Shown here one piece after another: positions 20,360 through 31,408 of a DNA stretch of 64,000 nt (position 1 is the first letter of the stretch; each line of letters starts with the position of its first letter). The translations under genes and the position numbers were made by a program. Source of the stretch: a virus. Lineage: Duplodnaviria; Heunggongvirae; Uroviricota; Caudoviricetes. The notes beneath the pieces are model-generated. The model ran no database searches. It was given only the letters and a program-made list of their open reading frames with translations, and was not told where the DNA came from. The DNA lies in IMG/VR virus record IMGVR_UViG_3300029841_000001, positions 64,001-128,000 of that record; one strand, given 5' to 3'.

Positions 20360-21597
20360 ACTGTTTCACCTTCTTCTTTCTTATGAATAGCTGTATAACC
20401 ATATACATCACCTTTAAATGATAAAGTCCATTCTATTTCCCCGTTTCCTGTTCTGATTCTTCTAGGCTTAATGGATTTTGCTCTTTCATTTCCGCTTTTC
20501 AATGTTACTTTATCATTAGTGATTTTTGTGATCGTATATTCTTTTTCAGCGTATTCTTTTCCATTCCATTCTTTAACTATATACTTTTCGCCTTTTTTAA
20601 ATGGATGAATAGGTTTATCTTCTACTTTATCAGATATAATGCTTTTAATTTCCGCATATGCAGCTTTTCCACCTAAACCAGAAGCACCACCTTCAAGAAT
20701 TATATATGTAATATTAACTTTTCCCGTCCCTCTAACAAGACATTTTCCCCATCTGTTAATATCTACTATATAACCTTCTTTGATGTTTTCTTTTGAGAAC
20801 TGAATACCTCCCAATTCTTCAATGCATTCATGATAATATACGGACTTGCTAATAGCATCATCAATAATTTCTTCTGCATGTTCTATCCATTCATTGACTG
20901 TTTCAAGTGTGAGAATTTCACCAGAATATCGCTTGATTTCTTCCCCATTAGAAATTCTATCAATATACTGTTTATAACTTTCAATGTTCTTTCTTTGCGC
21001 TCTGATAGTCTTTTCAGCATCTTTGATTCTACGATCACAAAATGCCTTGTCTTTAGGTTTTGTATTTTCCGCTGTTTGTCTTGCTACTTCCGCACGTTCT
21101 GCATAATATTCTGATTTTTTAAATTCATCAAAACCTTTTTCCCATGCCTCCCACATTCTATTTCTTCTTTTTGTGAATGCTCTGCCGGATGAGCTATTAA
21201 TGTTTGGTTGAGTAAAGAAAGAAATATCTCCATGCATATCATTAATAGGTTTCTGTAATGTTTTTCCATTTTCTTCTGCTCTGTTTGATTTATAATCAAA
21301 CCGTTCTGCTCTTGCTTCTGCTCTTTCTGCTTTACGTTCCATCTGTTCCGCAAATGTAAGTTTTTCGCCAACATTACCACCATTGGAAAGTCCTAAATCT
21401 TTAGCTACTTTTTCCGCTCTATACAGATTAGGGAATTTTGCACGACTTACCCATGCACGTTTTACACGACTAAATAAATAGTTGCTTTTAATATCTTTCT
21501 TTTGATCTTCTGCAAGTGCTAAATAATCCGCTTTGTCAAAATGTAACTCAATTTTTCCTGTTTCTTTATTCATAATATATTCGCTCATGTTTTCCAC
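20356..21597 (-). CDS. DUF3560 domain protein
   Basis: ERKAERAEARAERF...QPNI...RAFTKRRNR...YYAERA pattern; family common in plasmid leading regions. Confidence 0.7.
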   Translation of the reverse strand: MENMSEYIMNKETGKIELHFDKADYLALAEDQKKDIKSNYLFSRVKRAWVSRAKFPNLYRAEKVAKDLGLSNGGNVGEKLTFAEQMERKAERAEARAERFDYKSNRAEENGKTLQKPINDMHGDISFFTQPNINSSSGRAFTKRRNRMWEAWEKGFDEFKKSEYYAERAEVARQTAENTKPKDKAFCDRRIKDAEKTIRAQRKNIESYKQYIDRISNGEEIKRYSGEILTLETVNEWIEHAEEIIDDAISKSVYYHECIEELGGIQFSKENIKEGYIVDINRWGKCLVRGTGKVNITYIILEGGASGLGGKAAYAEIKSIISDKVEDKPIHPFKKGEKYIVKEWNGKEYAEKEYTITKITNDKVTLKSGNERAKSIKPRRIRTGNGEIEWTLSFKGDVYGYTAIHKKEEGETV

Positions 21598-21611
21598 CTG
21601 TTTAACCTTTC

Positions 21612-22190
21612 TTAAAAATTTGTTGTAACTAAATATGTTTCGTTGTTAATTGTTACCGCTTGCCATCCATCATTTACTGATAAAGCAATCCATACTTGTT
21701 CAAAGTCGATATAATCAATCATATCGTCTGGAATAGGTTCTTCAAAAAGGTTGTTATATCCTACTTCGTTTAGAACCATTCCATATAATTCTTCGGAATT
21801 TAATGTACAACTCCATTCCTGTGATACGCTGTCAACATTAATGATTGTATAGCATCCACTTTCCAATGTTTCCATTGCTTCCTCTTTAGAATCTGCAATT
21901 TTAAAAATGATTCTTGCTGTCAGATCATCAACTCCATTTTCGTTGATGTCCTGTAAAAATTCATTAAGAGAAAAAATATTTTCCCATTCTGATATTTCAA
22001 AAGCTGCATCATAGTCAAGTATAATTAATTCCTGATTCTTTCCAACGATTGCATTGAAAAATGTATGTAACTTTTCAGATTTCATGGGAAGTTGTAACCA
22101 CTTCCCATTTTCATTTCCTTCTGTATACTTTGCCAAATTTGATAAGTAAATCTTTACTTTTAACATGATCTCGTTTCCTCCTATTCTCAA
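21612..22190 (-). CDS. ardA: Antirestriction protein ArdA (acidic DNA mimic)
   Basis: IYLSNLAKYTEG..GKWLQLP, ILDYDA, YIDFE; very acidic. Confidence 0.82.
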   Translation of the reverse strand: MRIGGNEIMLKVKIYLSNLAKYTEGNENGKWLQLPMKSEKLHTFFNAIVGKNQELIILDYDAAFEISEWENIFSLNEFLQDINENGVDDLTARIIFKIADSKEEAMETLESGCYTIINVDSVSQEWSCTLNSEELYGMVLNEVGYNNLFEEPIPDDMIDYIDFEQVWIALSVNDGWQAVTINNETYLVTTNF

Positions 22191-23801
22191 ATTTCTACAT
22201 CCCTCTTACATGCTTTCCTCCATGCGTGAGATCCTACGTCCAACGTTCCATAACTAATAACGCATGATGGAGTAGCACAGCCAGGAACAACGCCATAGAT
22301 GTTCCGTTCATACTCTGCAATACGGAAACCTGATACGCTTTTCAAAGTGTACAGCTTCTTTCCTGTTTTCATGCTATAAACATGATCGCAGTTAAACTCG
22401 ATATCAATAGACAGGTGTTTTTCATCGGTTTCCGCATTCATAGCGAAAACGATATTTTCATATGTATTCATACCCGTGTATTTGATGATCTCAGGCATGA
22501 TCTGTTCAATCACGGATTCTGTAAACCATATTCTATCTAAATTAGACAGATCGAAAAGGACTGTCTGTTTCCCGTCTGCTGTCTTACAAGACGGATAAAT
22601 CTTTCTCATTTTTGCAAGTGTTTGAAATTCCATGTTCTTTCCTCCTTATTTCTCAAATACAAATTCGTTTCCATCTGATGTAATGATGTGTAGTTCTGTA
22701 TCAGTTACTTTCCAACTTGCTACATCTTTGCAAGGGATATACGCTCGTTTTCCCCCGTATACGTCACGGGATTTATAAGCGTATACCTCTGTATCATCGG
22801 AAAGCATCAGAGAAAGCTCTTTCCCATCTGTATTCCAATCGGTTATATCCTTAACAGCTATCAGAGTTTTTTCTGTTGCTGTGGTGGCGTGTCCCATCAG
22901 GAATGCGCTTGCTGCGATGATAACAGTGAATAACGTTGCAATGATTTTCTTTTTCATGCTTATGTTCTCCTTTTTTGATCTCTGTTTATAGGTACTAAAA
23001 AACACACAAGAATTTATCTTGTGTGCTATGTTACTGCCTATAAATTACTTGCATGATTAACTTTTGTCATATCGAGAATACCTGTTTTACAAAAACTTAT
23101 AAAAGCTTTTACAAGATCATTCTCAATAAAATCAGTCGTGTAAAGCATTTTCTGCAATGCTTCTTTTACGAGTTCATATTTTGCAATGTCTTGTAAATTG
23201 AAGTCCCGTAAAACTTCATTCATTGCTTTTTCTGCCTGTCTTGTGTTCATTCTTGCATCCTCCTGTTATCTGGTATAGTATTTCTGTACGTCTATGGTAT
23301 TTTCAAGATCGCACATCTTGCAACCTTTTACGTTGTCGAGTTCTACTTCGATATCAACCGGAAATGCAAGGCTCTGAAAAGTAGCTTTACACTCCTGGAA
23401 AATCTGATTTTGAATTGTTTCGGGTAACTCACATACATAGGTGTGAGCTGTGACTTTTGTTTTATTCATCGTGTTACCTCCTGTAATTCGCCAGATACTA
23501 ACATCATGGCGAAAGTGTCAGATGTGATGATCGTTACTGTATCATCATCAGAAATAACAAGTCCGTAAACCTGTTTATTTTCTGAGAATCTCACAGCCCC
23601 ACCAAAAAGAAAGTACAAATTAGTGCTTTCTTTTTCGCTTGCACGTCTGATTGACTTGCAAACTGCTTTGATATCGGCTGTTGTGCCGATGTATGCAACG
23701 CCTGTTACAATGGATGAATTATCATCCATCATGGAAATTATTTCATATTTTTTCATTTTTATATCCTCCTGTATATTGTTTATTCTCTTTTTTGTTTTCA
23801 T
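22187..23801 (-). CDS. Five hypothetical early genes (22187-22633, 22646-23005 with signal peptide, 23038-23250, 23266-23469, 23466-23756)
   Basis: Co-oriented ORFs with GGAGG RBSs. Confidence 0.65.
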
Positions 23802-24322
23802 TTTTGCAAGCCATATTATCAGGCATTAGAAACAAGTCTTTTCTACTACTCACCGCCCATCCAGGTTTTATGCTTTTGCCCGAAAAGGGTCTTGCTTTGC
23901 TTGCCCGTATGACTTGCAACTTATCAAAACAAAAAAGCAAGTGATTAATGATTAACCGCTTGCTATGAATTTCTCGATATTCAGATCGTTTTTAACGTTT
24001 TTTAATAACGACTTGTTTTTATGTATCATTGATAGAAAACAAGTAAACTATTTCAGTCTAAACAAATTTTAGGTCTTTGTTTTGCATCTTTCCCCGTTTT
24101 TTGATCGGATACGGACAACCGGATTTTTGCATTTTTGACCTGTCGCATGGTCTTATGATCGGACTTTTCTTTTACTTGCTATCCTGTCAGTATTGCAACC
24201 CTTGCAAGTTTTTGTTACTCGTTTGGATATCACATTCTTTTTTGAAATGGTTTTGACTCCATTTTTTGTTGCTTATGGAGGTAAGGGAAGACTTGCGTCT
24301 TCCCCTTTGTTGTGGTACTATA

Positions 24323-24475
24323 TCATTTAGAAAAGTTTTTACAATCGTTATGTATTTCGTTTACTACTTCCCTGTAAGAATCGCAGTAAACGAATTTGTC
24401 GATTGAAATAAGGAAGACTCTATAGCCTTCCTTATACTTTTCTATGATATAATTACCATAGATTATTTTTCCCAT
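24323..24475 (-). CDS. 50-aa hypothetical protein, first gene of the leftward operon; absent from ORF track
   Basis: AAGGAGGT RBS then MGKIIYGNYIIEKYKEGYRVFLISIDKFVYCDSYREVVNEIHNDCKNFSK. Confidence 0.7.
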   Translation of the reverse strand: MGKIIYGNYIIEKYKEGYRVFLISIDKFVYCDSYREVVNEIHNDCKNFSK

Positions 24476-24828
24476 TTTTTACCTCCTTATTAAATGGGAT
24501 TTTATGTATTTTATACCGCTTTTATTTTGTAGCGGTCAGTGAGTTATTAAGTAAACCCCTCTTATAAAACCTGTCGTTTTGGCTGTCTCATTTATTATAG
24601 CCACGGCAAGGACTGCCGACTTTCTTTTCAAGGCAGAAAGCTTTGCTACTTAATACATCAACCGCCCCACATGGGCTTCGTAGCTGATGCCTCAGTAAGT
24701 ACCCTTTATTCACTTGTCAAGGTTATAGGAAACTGTCTTGCCCTATTAGCGACTTTGCAAGCCGTGTGCTCAACGGATAAATCTCAGCTCCGTTTGTTTT
24801 TTATCTCTGTCCCTCTGTTGATGGTATT

Positions 24829-24860
24829 ACTATAACATACTTGTATTGATATATCAATAC
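24829..24860 (-). promoter_or_regulatory. Leftward sigma-A promoter with palindromic operator
   Basis: TTGATA-17 bp-TATAGT with extended -10 TG; perfect palindrome GTATTGATATATCAATAC at 24843-24860 covers the -35. Confidence 0.75.
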
Positions 24861-24917
24861 TTTTTAATGCAAAATAGTACACAAAAAATGATATAATTAT
24901 AACTGTAAATATTGTTA

Positions 24918-24957
24918 GTATTGCTATATTGATACTTTTACCATTTTATGATACGAT
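24918..24957 (+). promoter_or_regulatory. Rightward promoter with second operator copy
   Basis: GTATTGCTATATTGATAC at 24918-24935; TTGATA-17 bp-TACGAT with extended -10 TG. Confidence 0.6.
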
Positions 24958-24988
24958 ATAATACTACACTTTTGGAGGTAATGAATAT

Positions 24989-25213
24989 ATGAAGATAGAA
25001 TATACTGCTATAGATGACGTTACACTTGCGATCAGGCATATAATGTTAGATAAGGATATAAGACAGAAAGATATCTGTATCGCAACTGGATTAAGTAAGC
25101 AAGCTGTGAGCAACTTACTCAATAACAGAACGGAAAACATCACGCTTGACACGCTTAACAAGCTATGTAAGGCAGTCGGATGCAAGTTATCAATAGACAT
25201 AGAAGAAAAATAA
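24989..25213 (+). CDS. XRE/Cro-CI HTH transcriptional regulator
   Basis: RQKDICIATGLSKQAVSNLLN...ITLDTLNKLCKAVGC. Confidence 0.9.
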   Translation: MKIEYTAIDDVTLAIRHIMLDKDIRQKDICIATGLSKQAVSNLLNNRTENITLDTLNKLCKAVGCKLSIDIEEK

Positions 25214-26178
25214 TCACATATAATAGGAAATAACACTGTATAACGCTTGTGATCTGCCTAACCTGTATATCGTGCTTATTTACTCATATACCATTATAAG
25301 CTTGTAATTTGCGTTTTAAGACGTTTTTATACTTATATGATATAAGTGTTAGCTTATGTCAAGAAAATGGATTGCAGAGCGTTTTACAAGGCCGTTTTTC
25401 GGATATGATCGTTTTATCATGATGTTTTTGTCAGATCAGATGTTTTGTTTTAATGTGATTTTATTATGATTATTTATGTGGATTTTATCTGAAATAAGTG
25501 TGGTGTTATGTGGCTTTATGATATATTTTTGTTATGGATATTTTCGTTTTTTATTGCGATATATCCATATTATTTTTATATGATTGACTTATAATTGACT
25601 TGTGATAGATTTATTTTTTGTAATAATAGTATGATTTTTTGCGGTTTATTATAGTTGATATATTGATCTTATATTGATTTATTGTGATTAATATGATCGT
25701 GTGCAATGTCTTATATTATAAGGGTTTATAAGTGCTTTGTGGTTGATCTGGTATAATGTTTGGTGTGGCTATATTGTAGTATTATAATATAGTTAATGTG
25801 GTATTATAGTATTATATATGTGTGGCATGAGTATGTATGTATAATGTATGGTTGTATGATATCATATGTATATCATAGATATATGAGTATGGTTGTATAT
25901 ATGTATATATGGTTGTATGAGTACATGAATATATGTGTTGTATTATGTGTTGTATTATGTGAGATTGTAAGTGTATTGTTATGCGTGTATGATATAGAGT
26001 ATGAGTGCATGATGGCATGATCTCAGAGTGATATACATGTGTGATATGAGTAAGTATGTTATGATCTCAGATGGAGTTATATATAGTGTGTATGTGCGAA
26101 TTTTAGGCGTGCTGCAAGACTGGAATTTTTTGTATGTAGTTTTGAATACTACATGTAATTATGTTTGATACTATGTTA

Positions 26179-26260
26179 TGTGGATATTAGTATTATGTTA
26201 TATGGTTATGTGTGTATATGTGGATAACTATGTGGATAACTTCAATATTAATGTGGATAA
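26179..26260 (-). promoter_or_regulatory. Cluster of DnaA boxes
   Basis: TGTGGATAA (reverse complement of TTATCCACA) at 26219, 26231 and 26252; one-mismatch copy at 26179. Confidence 0.75.
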
Positions 26261-27441
26261 CTTTTTGTTGCATTTGCAACACTTTTACGAACTTTTTGAA
26301 AATATTGTATTTTCGCATGTTTTCGCACATCATCTATTATTATCTCTTGTTTACTCTTATTATCTCCTTTTTTTCATTATATCGTAACAATTAACTATAT
26401 TGTATATGCAATTTAATTGCAGCCTGGGGCGGTATGAGTTAATATGGACTATCTTTTTCATACTGTTTTGTGCTTCAAATTGTTTTATATCCAGACCACC
26501 AGAAAAAAGTCAAAAAATAACAAAACTTGACTTTTTTACACTTCCATTAAAAGTGTGATAGTTAGATTTAGTCAACTATAGCAAGGCTTTACGGGATCAG
26601 CTATATTATACTATTTTTATACAGATTGCAACGCCAGGACGGGGATACTTTACATTTTTAAAACGTTGAAACATTGACGTTTGGGGCGTATGTGTTCAAC
26701 TCACACTCCACGTCCAAAAATCAAAATTATAAATTATCACATCATATCACCAGCATAAAACTCTCACATCATCACTCTCTCACCTTACATCATCACTCTC
26801 TTAATAAATTGTACCAAATCCACACACAATTCACCAAAATAACCAAATTGACTTCGACACCAAGTTCGACAAAATCCTCACACCACAACCATAAATAAAT
26901 TTTCTGACAATTTAAAATCATCTATTTTACCCAAAATCATCCACCATCAATCTAAAAACCCCTTGTAAAATCTAATAATTTACGAACTCTTCTCGAACTC
27001 CTATCAAATCACATCTCTCAGGATCACAAATTCAATCCAATCTCACCATCACCCAAACTTCCAAAATCCCTTGTCACATCTATCTAAATCAACTGTATTA
27101 TTTCCTATTTAAATGCATTTCATTTTATTGCTTCGCTACAACAATCACACCTCTCGAAGTACACAATCTCATATTCCCAAAATCACCCATCTAAATTGTG
27201 CCAAATTTTCACACAATTCTAATCACTCAAAATTCACTCAAAAAATACATCACGAAAAACTTGAAATGACAAATTGACACCTCAAGATGAAATTATTAAA
27301 ACTTCATTTCACATCATTTACAATAAATATCTCAAAAACGTTTCAAACAGAGAATCTATTCATTAGCAACATATAAACTAAATATTTCAATCCACAATAA
27401 GAGAAATAAATAATATCAAAACGAAAAGGAGATTTTGCAAA

Positions 27442-28053
27442 ATGGCAAATAACGTTAAATCAGAAATCAAAAATACAGGATTTGCAGATATTCCATGTGA
27501 TGAAACTATACATCGTGATGATAATCATATCTTTCACCTTTGTAAATGGAATATTAAAGATCAGTTTATTGGATATTCAGATGTAATCTTTACACATAAA
27601 GATACACATCGACTACTTCATCCAGATTACACAAATTCTCTCAATCCATACAACGTCACTCTCTCATCGGCAACATTATCAAGAATTACAAATATAACAA
27701 ATAAATATCTTGCCGATAAGAGAATTTATATATCAGTATCATTAGAAAAACCAAATTACTACTATTCTATTGCTAGAGGAAGTGGAAAATCAATTAGAGA
27801 ATTATGTTATGTCGCAAAAGTAATGTCAAATCATTCTTCACATATGTTATCAACCACATATTCATCTGAATATAAAACACAAAATTATAAATCAGATATA
27901 GAGAATTTATATAAGGATAAGATCTTTCATAAAGCATTAGACTACTATCTCACAAATATCCATCACAATCAGAGAAGTAATAATCAAGAAGAAATGAGCT
28001 GCTTTAAACTTATTGCTGATAGAAACAATACAAATAAGAAATTTCATAAATAA
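27442..28053 (+). CDS. Hypothetical protein
   Basis: AAAGGAG RBS; first gene of the right arm. Confidence 0.6.
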   Translation: MANNVKSEIKNTGFADIPCDETIHRDDNHIFHLCKWNIKDQFIGYSDVIFTHKDTHRLLHPDYTNSLNPYNVTLSSATLSRITNITNKYLADKRIYISVSLEKPNYYYSIARGSGKSIRELCYVAKVMSNHSSHMLSTTYSSEYKTQNYKSDIENLYKDKIFHKALDYYLTNIHHNQRSNNQEEMSCFKLIADRNNTNKKFHK

Positions 28054-28068
28054 AGGATATCAACTACT

Positions 28069-28932
28069 ATGAGAAAATCAAAAAACAATAAAAATAACAC
28101 AACTACTATCATACCATCAACATCTGATAAGACACCAATTGAAATTGCATTACAGATTGATTCAGATGGAATGACAACGGCAAGTAAATTATATGCTTTC
28201 TTAGAATTGAATCCAAGTAATTTTGCATCATGGTGTAGAAGAAACATCACTAGAAATAAATTTGCTACTGAAAATGAAGATTATATAGTTTTCGTAGTGG
28301 AGAACGAAAACCCCAAATTAGGTGGTAGACCAAAGACAGATTATAAACTCACATCTGAATTTGCAAAGAAACTTTCAATGACAGGCAATACCGAAAAACA
28401 TGAGCAAGCAAGAAATTATTTTATTGCTTGTGAACAAGGACTAAAGATTGCTACCGCTAAATTACAAGCAAGAAATGATGATATTCAAGCTTTAGCGCAG
28501 AGTGTAAACAATCTTGTGCAAAAGATTGATAGTAAATTTGTTTCATTAGAATCAAGAGTATCTACATTGGAAAACAACACTACTACTTCAAAAGCATTAC
28601 CACAAAAGAAACAGCGATTTACATATTGGCAATCCAAGATGTTTCCAAAGTATCAAGCATTAGCAGAATACTTTGAAATTCAACTGAAAGATCTCTACAA
28701 GAATTTATATAGAGAATTTCAGAATATGTATCCTGATATTGAACTAAACCAGATTGTAGATGATTACTGCTACGAGAATAAATTGGAAACATGCTATACA
28801 TTAGACGCAATAGAACACGATAAAACTGTAAGAGTATTATTTGAGCAGTTAGTAGATACTCTTTTGGAGAAATATGATTTAGTACTTCATAAAGAGAAAC
28901 TTATAGTGTCAACAATTTTTGACACAAAATAA
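28069..28932 (+). CDS. AntA/AntB-family antirepressor
   Basis: TASKLYAFL...ENEDY...GGRPKTDYKLT...ARNYFIACE. Confidence 0.85.
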   Translation: MRKSKNNKNNTTTIIPSTSDKTPIEIALQIDSDGMTTASKLYAFLELNPSNFASWCRRNITRNKFATENEDYIVFVVENENPKLGGRPKTDYKLTSEFAKKLSMTGNTEKHEQARNYFIACEQGLKIATAKLQARNDDIQALAQSVNNLVQKIDSKFVSLESRVSTLENNTTTSKALPQKKQRFTYWQSKMFPKYQALAEYFEIQLKDLYKNLYREFQNMYPDIELNQIVDDYCYENKLETCYTLDAIEHDKTVRVLFEQLVDTLLEKYDLVLHKEKLIVSTIFDTK

Positions 28933-28995
28933 TTATCCTTTATGAGAACAAATAAAAAATACACCAAAAATCAATTTGAAGGGAGAAACACATAA

Positions 28996-29414
28996 ATGTC
29001 CACTAATAGCAAGAAAATCGAAAATAGCACCACCAAATACAACAATTTAAAGAAGAATCTGACAAACCAATCCACAGATACTATCTTGGAATGGAAAGAA
29101 TACTTTGAAAGCTGGAAAAATCATCCAGATTATGATTCAGAATATTTCTTAATGGCAATTAATGTATGTAATGATATTTTAAAAGAAAGATCGGAGAAAT
29201 AATACATATGACAGATTTAGAGAAGAAATTAAACAAGATTTACAATTATGCTGATTTGATCCATACAGAGAATATATTAATGTTAACCATTTTGAGTTCA
29301 TTGTTAAATGAAGAAATCAAATCACATATCGAAAAATGCATCAAGAGATATATTCAACAAAGAGAAAATATATTAAGTGGATTATATGAAGACGATGTTG
29401 ATATTACACAATAA
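28996..29414 (+). CDS. Two small hypothetical genes (28996-29202, 29208-29414)
   Basis: ORFs with RBSs. Confidence 0.6.
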
Positions 29415-29616
29415 AAAAAACAAAACAAAAAAAGATAGCACTCTTTAGAGTGGTATATATATCATCGTTATTGGGTATAATACATAGTTATTGGGTTTTA
29501 GTATAAAAAATTACAATTTTTTGCACATTTTTTCTCCACACTCCGGAGTGTGATGTACAAAAAAGTGTCACTTTTTATACCATGGAGAAATATCTATATA
29601 AAGAAAGGATTGAAAA

Positions 29617-30576
29617 ATGCAATTATGGTTAAGAGAAGATATTTATAAAGATTCAAATTTATCCGTATATGGACTTTCAGCTTATTGTGCAATAAGAAGT
29701 TTGATAACAAATGAAGAAACAACAAATTTAGTAACCACATTAGAAATCCTCTCCTATCAGCTTACTGGGACTTTGAAATCATCCCGTAGATTTTATGAAA
29801 CACTTAAAATAGGTTTAGATGAATTAATTGAAAATAAGATTATAACCAAAGTAGAAGAATATAAGAAGCATTACCTTATAGATTGTAAAAATCTTTTTAT
29901 CACGGAAGATAATCAGTATTTCACAATCATTACATTTGAAGAAATGAGAAAAATATTTCAAATTAAAAATACAAACGGTTTTTTACTTCTAAAGTATTTT
30001 GTTTTTCTTGTAGATTCAATCAGTTCATCAGTCGATGTGTACTTAGATGCATTTCAACATAAAAATAGAGTTGTTGGGAAAATGACGTTTAATTATCTTA
30101 TGAAAGTTAGTGGATTATCTAAAAAATCAATCATTGATTATACCAAAGCTTTAGAAAAAGCAGAATTAATATATATCAATAGATCAAATGATTTTCTACT
30201 TAATGAAGAAAATGGTGAGATTTCAAGACTACCAAATATATATGGTAGACCAGAAGATAAACCATATATTGATAAATATGCTGAAAATCAAAAAGATTAT
30301 TATGGATCATATCGAAAAGTAACATCAAATATTCAAAACGCAAATAACAAACGTAGATTAGCTCAAATATATTTTCAAATTATTAATGGTAATGGAGAAA
30401 AGTATAGTAAGGAAGAAATCTCAGATGTTTATGCTTATGTCATTTCAGAAAATAAGAAATATGAAAATCTAGCAACTAAACACAATGATGATTCTTATTT
30501 AGAGAAAATACGTAGAGTGGATGTTTTTAATAGGTATAACTTTATAAGAGAGAATGGTGATGATACACATGATTGA
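29617..30576 (+). CDS. Tandem winged-helix protein, possible replication initiator
   Basis: Two wHTH-like segments (LDELIENKII; SGLSKKSIIDYTKALEKAELIYI). Confidence 0.5.
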   Translation: MQLWLREDIYKDSNLSVYGLSAYCAIRSLITNEETTNLVTTLEILSYQLTGTLKSSRRFYETLKIGLDELIENKIITKVEEYKKHYLIDCKNLFITEDNQYFTIITFEEMRKIFQIKNTNGFLLLKYFVFLVDSISSSVDVYLDAFQHKNRVVGKMTFNYLMKVSGLSKKSIIDYTKALEKAELIYINRSNDFLLNEENGEISRLPNIYGRPEDKPYIDKYAENQKDYYGSYRKVTSNIQNANNKRRLAQIYFQIINGNGEKYSKEEISDVYAYVISENKKYENLATKHNDDSYLEKIRRVDVFNRYNFIRENGDDTHD

Positions 30577-30672
30577 ATAAATGAAAAGAGAATATACATA
30601 TATAACTATTAATCAGTATCACAAAAAGGAGTGATGCAACTATGAATTTTAAATCAAAGGAGAAAATTAATC

Positions 30673-30918
30673 ATGACAGAAACAGAAACAAAAAGAAACC
30701 ATGAGTACAACTACAATAAATATTACACTATGCCAAGTAGAGAAGAATTACATAGATGTTATGGTGGATATTTAAGTGAATCAGATTTTACAACTGCAAG
30801 AGGACGCAATCAAAATAAATCAAGAATTGCAGAAAAAATTGCAGCGGATTGGGCGGTTGATCGTCAGTGTGAGAAAAATATGCAAGCTATGGAAAGAAAG
30901 ATTGAGGTGATGGAATAA
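30673..30918 (+). CDS. Hypothetical protein
   Basis: AAGGAG RBS. Confidence 0.65.
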   Translation: MTETETKRNHEYNYNKYYTMPSREELHRCYGGYLSESDFTTARGRNQNKSRIAEKIAADWAVDRQCEKNMQAMERKIEVME

Positions 30919-31231
30919 TGGAAAAGATTTTGATAACAACAATGAAAATTGCATTGAGTTCCTATCTGGTGAACATTATGCGGTTGCTACTTTCACAAAC
31001 AGAAAACATATCAATCGTATTAAAAATATTTATACTGATAGAAAAGATGAATTCAAATATTTAAAGGAAAATAAAGATGGAAGTATCTGTGTGAAGTTCC
31101 CTCTTAAATGGGTAAAGATAAATCCTGGCGCAATCCCTGATCCAAACAAACCAAAAAGAGTTATGTCGGAAGAACAAAAAGAAAAAATGAGACAAGCATT
31201 AAAGAAATATCGTGAGTCTAAAAAGAAATAG
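30918..31231 (+). pseudogene. Frameshifted ~104-aa phage protein gene
   Basis: ATG GAA AA|GAT: the protein-like frame DFDNNNENCIEF...NKDGSICVKFPLKWVKI...MSEEQK is one base out of frame with the ATG. Confidence 0.6.
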
Positions 31232-31408
31232 TGTATGCCACTACTCTCTTATGTTCAGTTTATCGTAAAATTAAAAAGAAATGATAGTCAAATTTCAATT
31301 CTACGGTATCTATGGTTAAGTTGTTCCACCTACAACTTAAAATCGAAATTCACCACAAAATTTATTTACGTATATAAGAGAAAATTAAATATAGGAAATT
31401 GATGAAAT

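Noticed and set aside
25796..26898. ORFs at 25796-26020, 25812-26018, 26178-26387, 26212-26394 and 26674-26898
   Set aside because: Low-complexity translations (Y/M/V/C- or H/T-rich) produced by the skewed non-coding DNA; no RBS.
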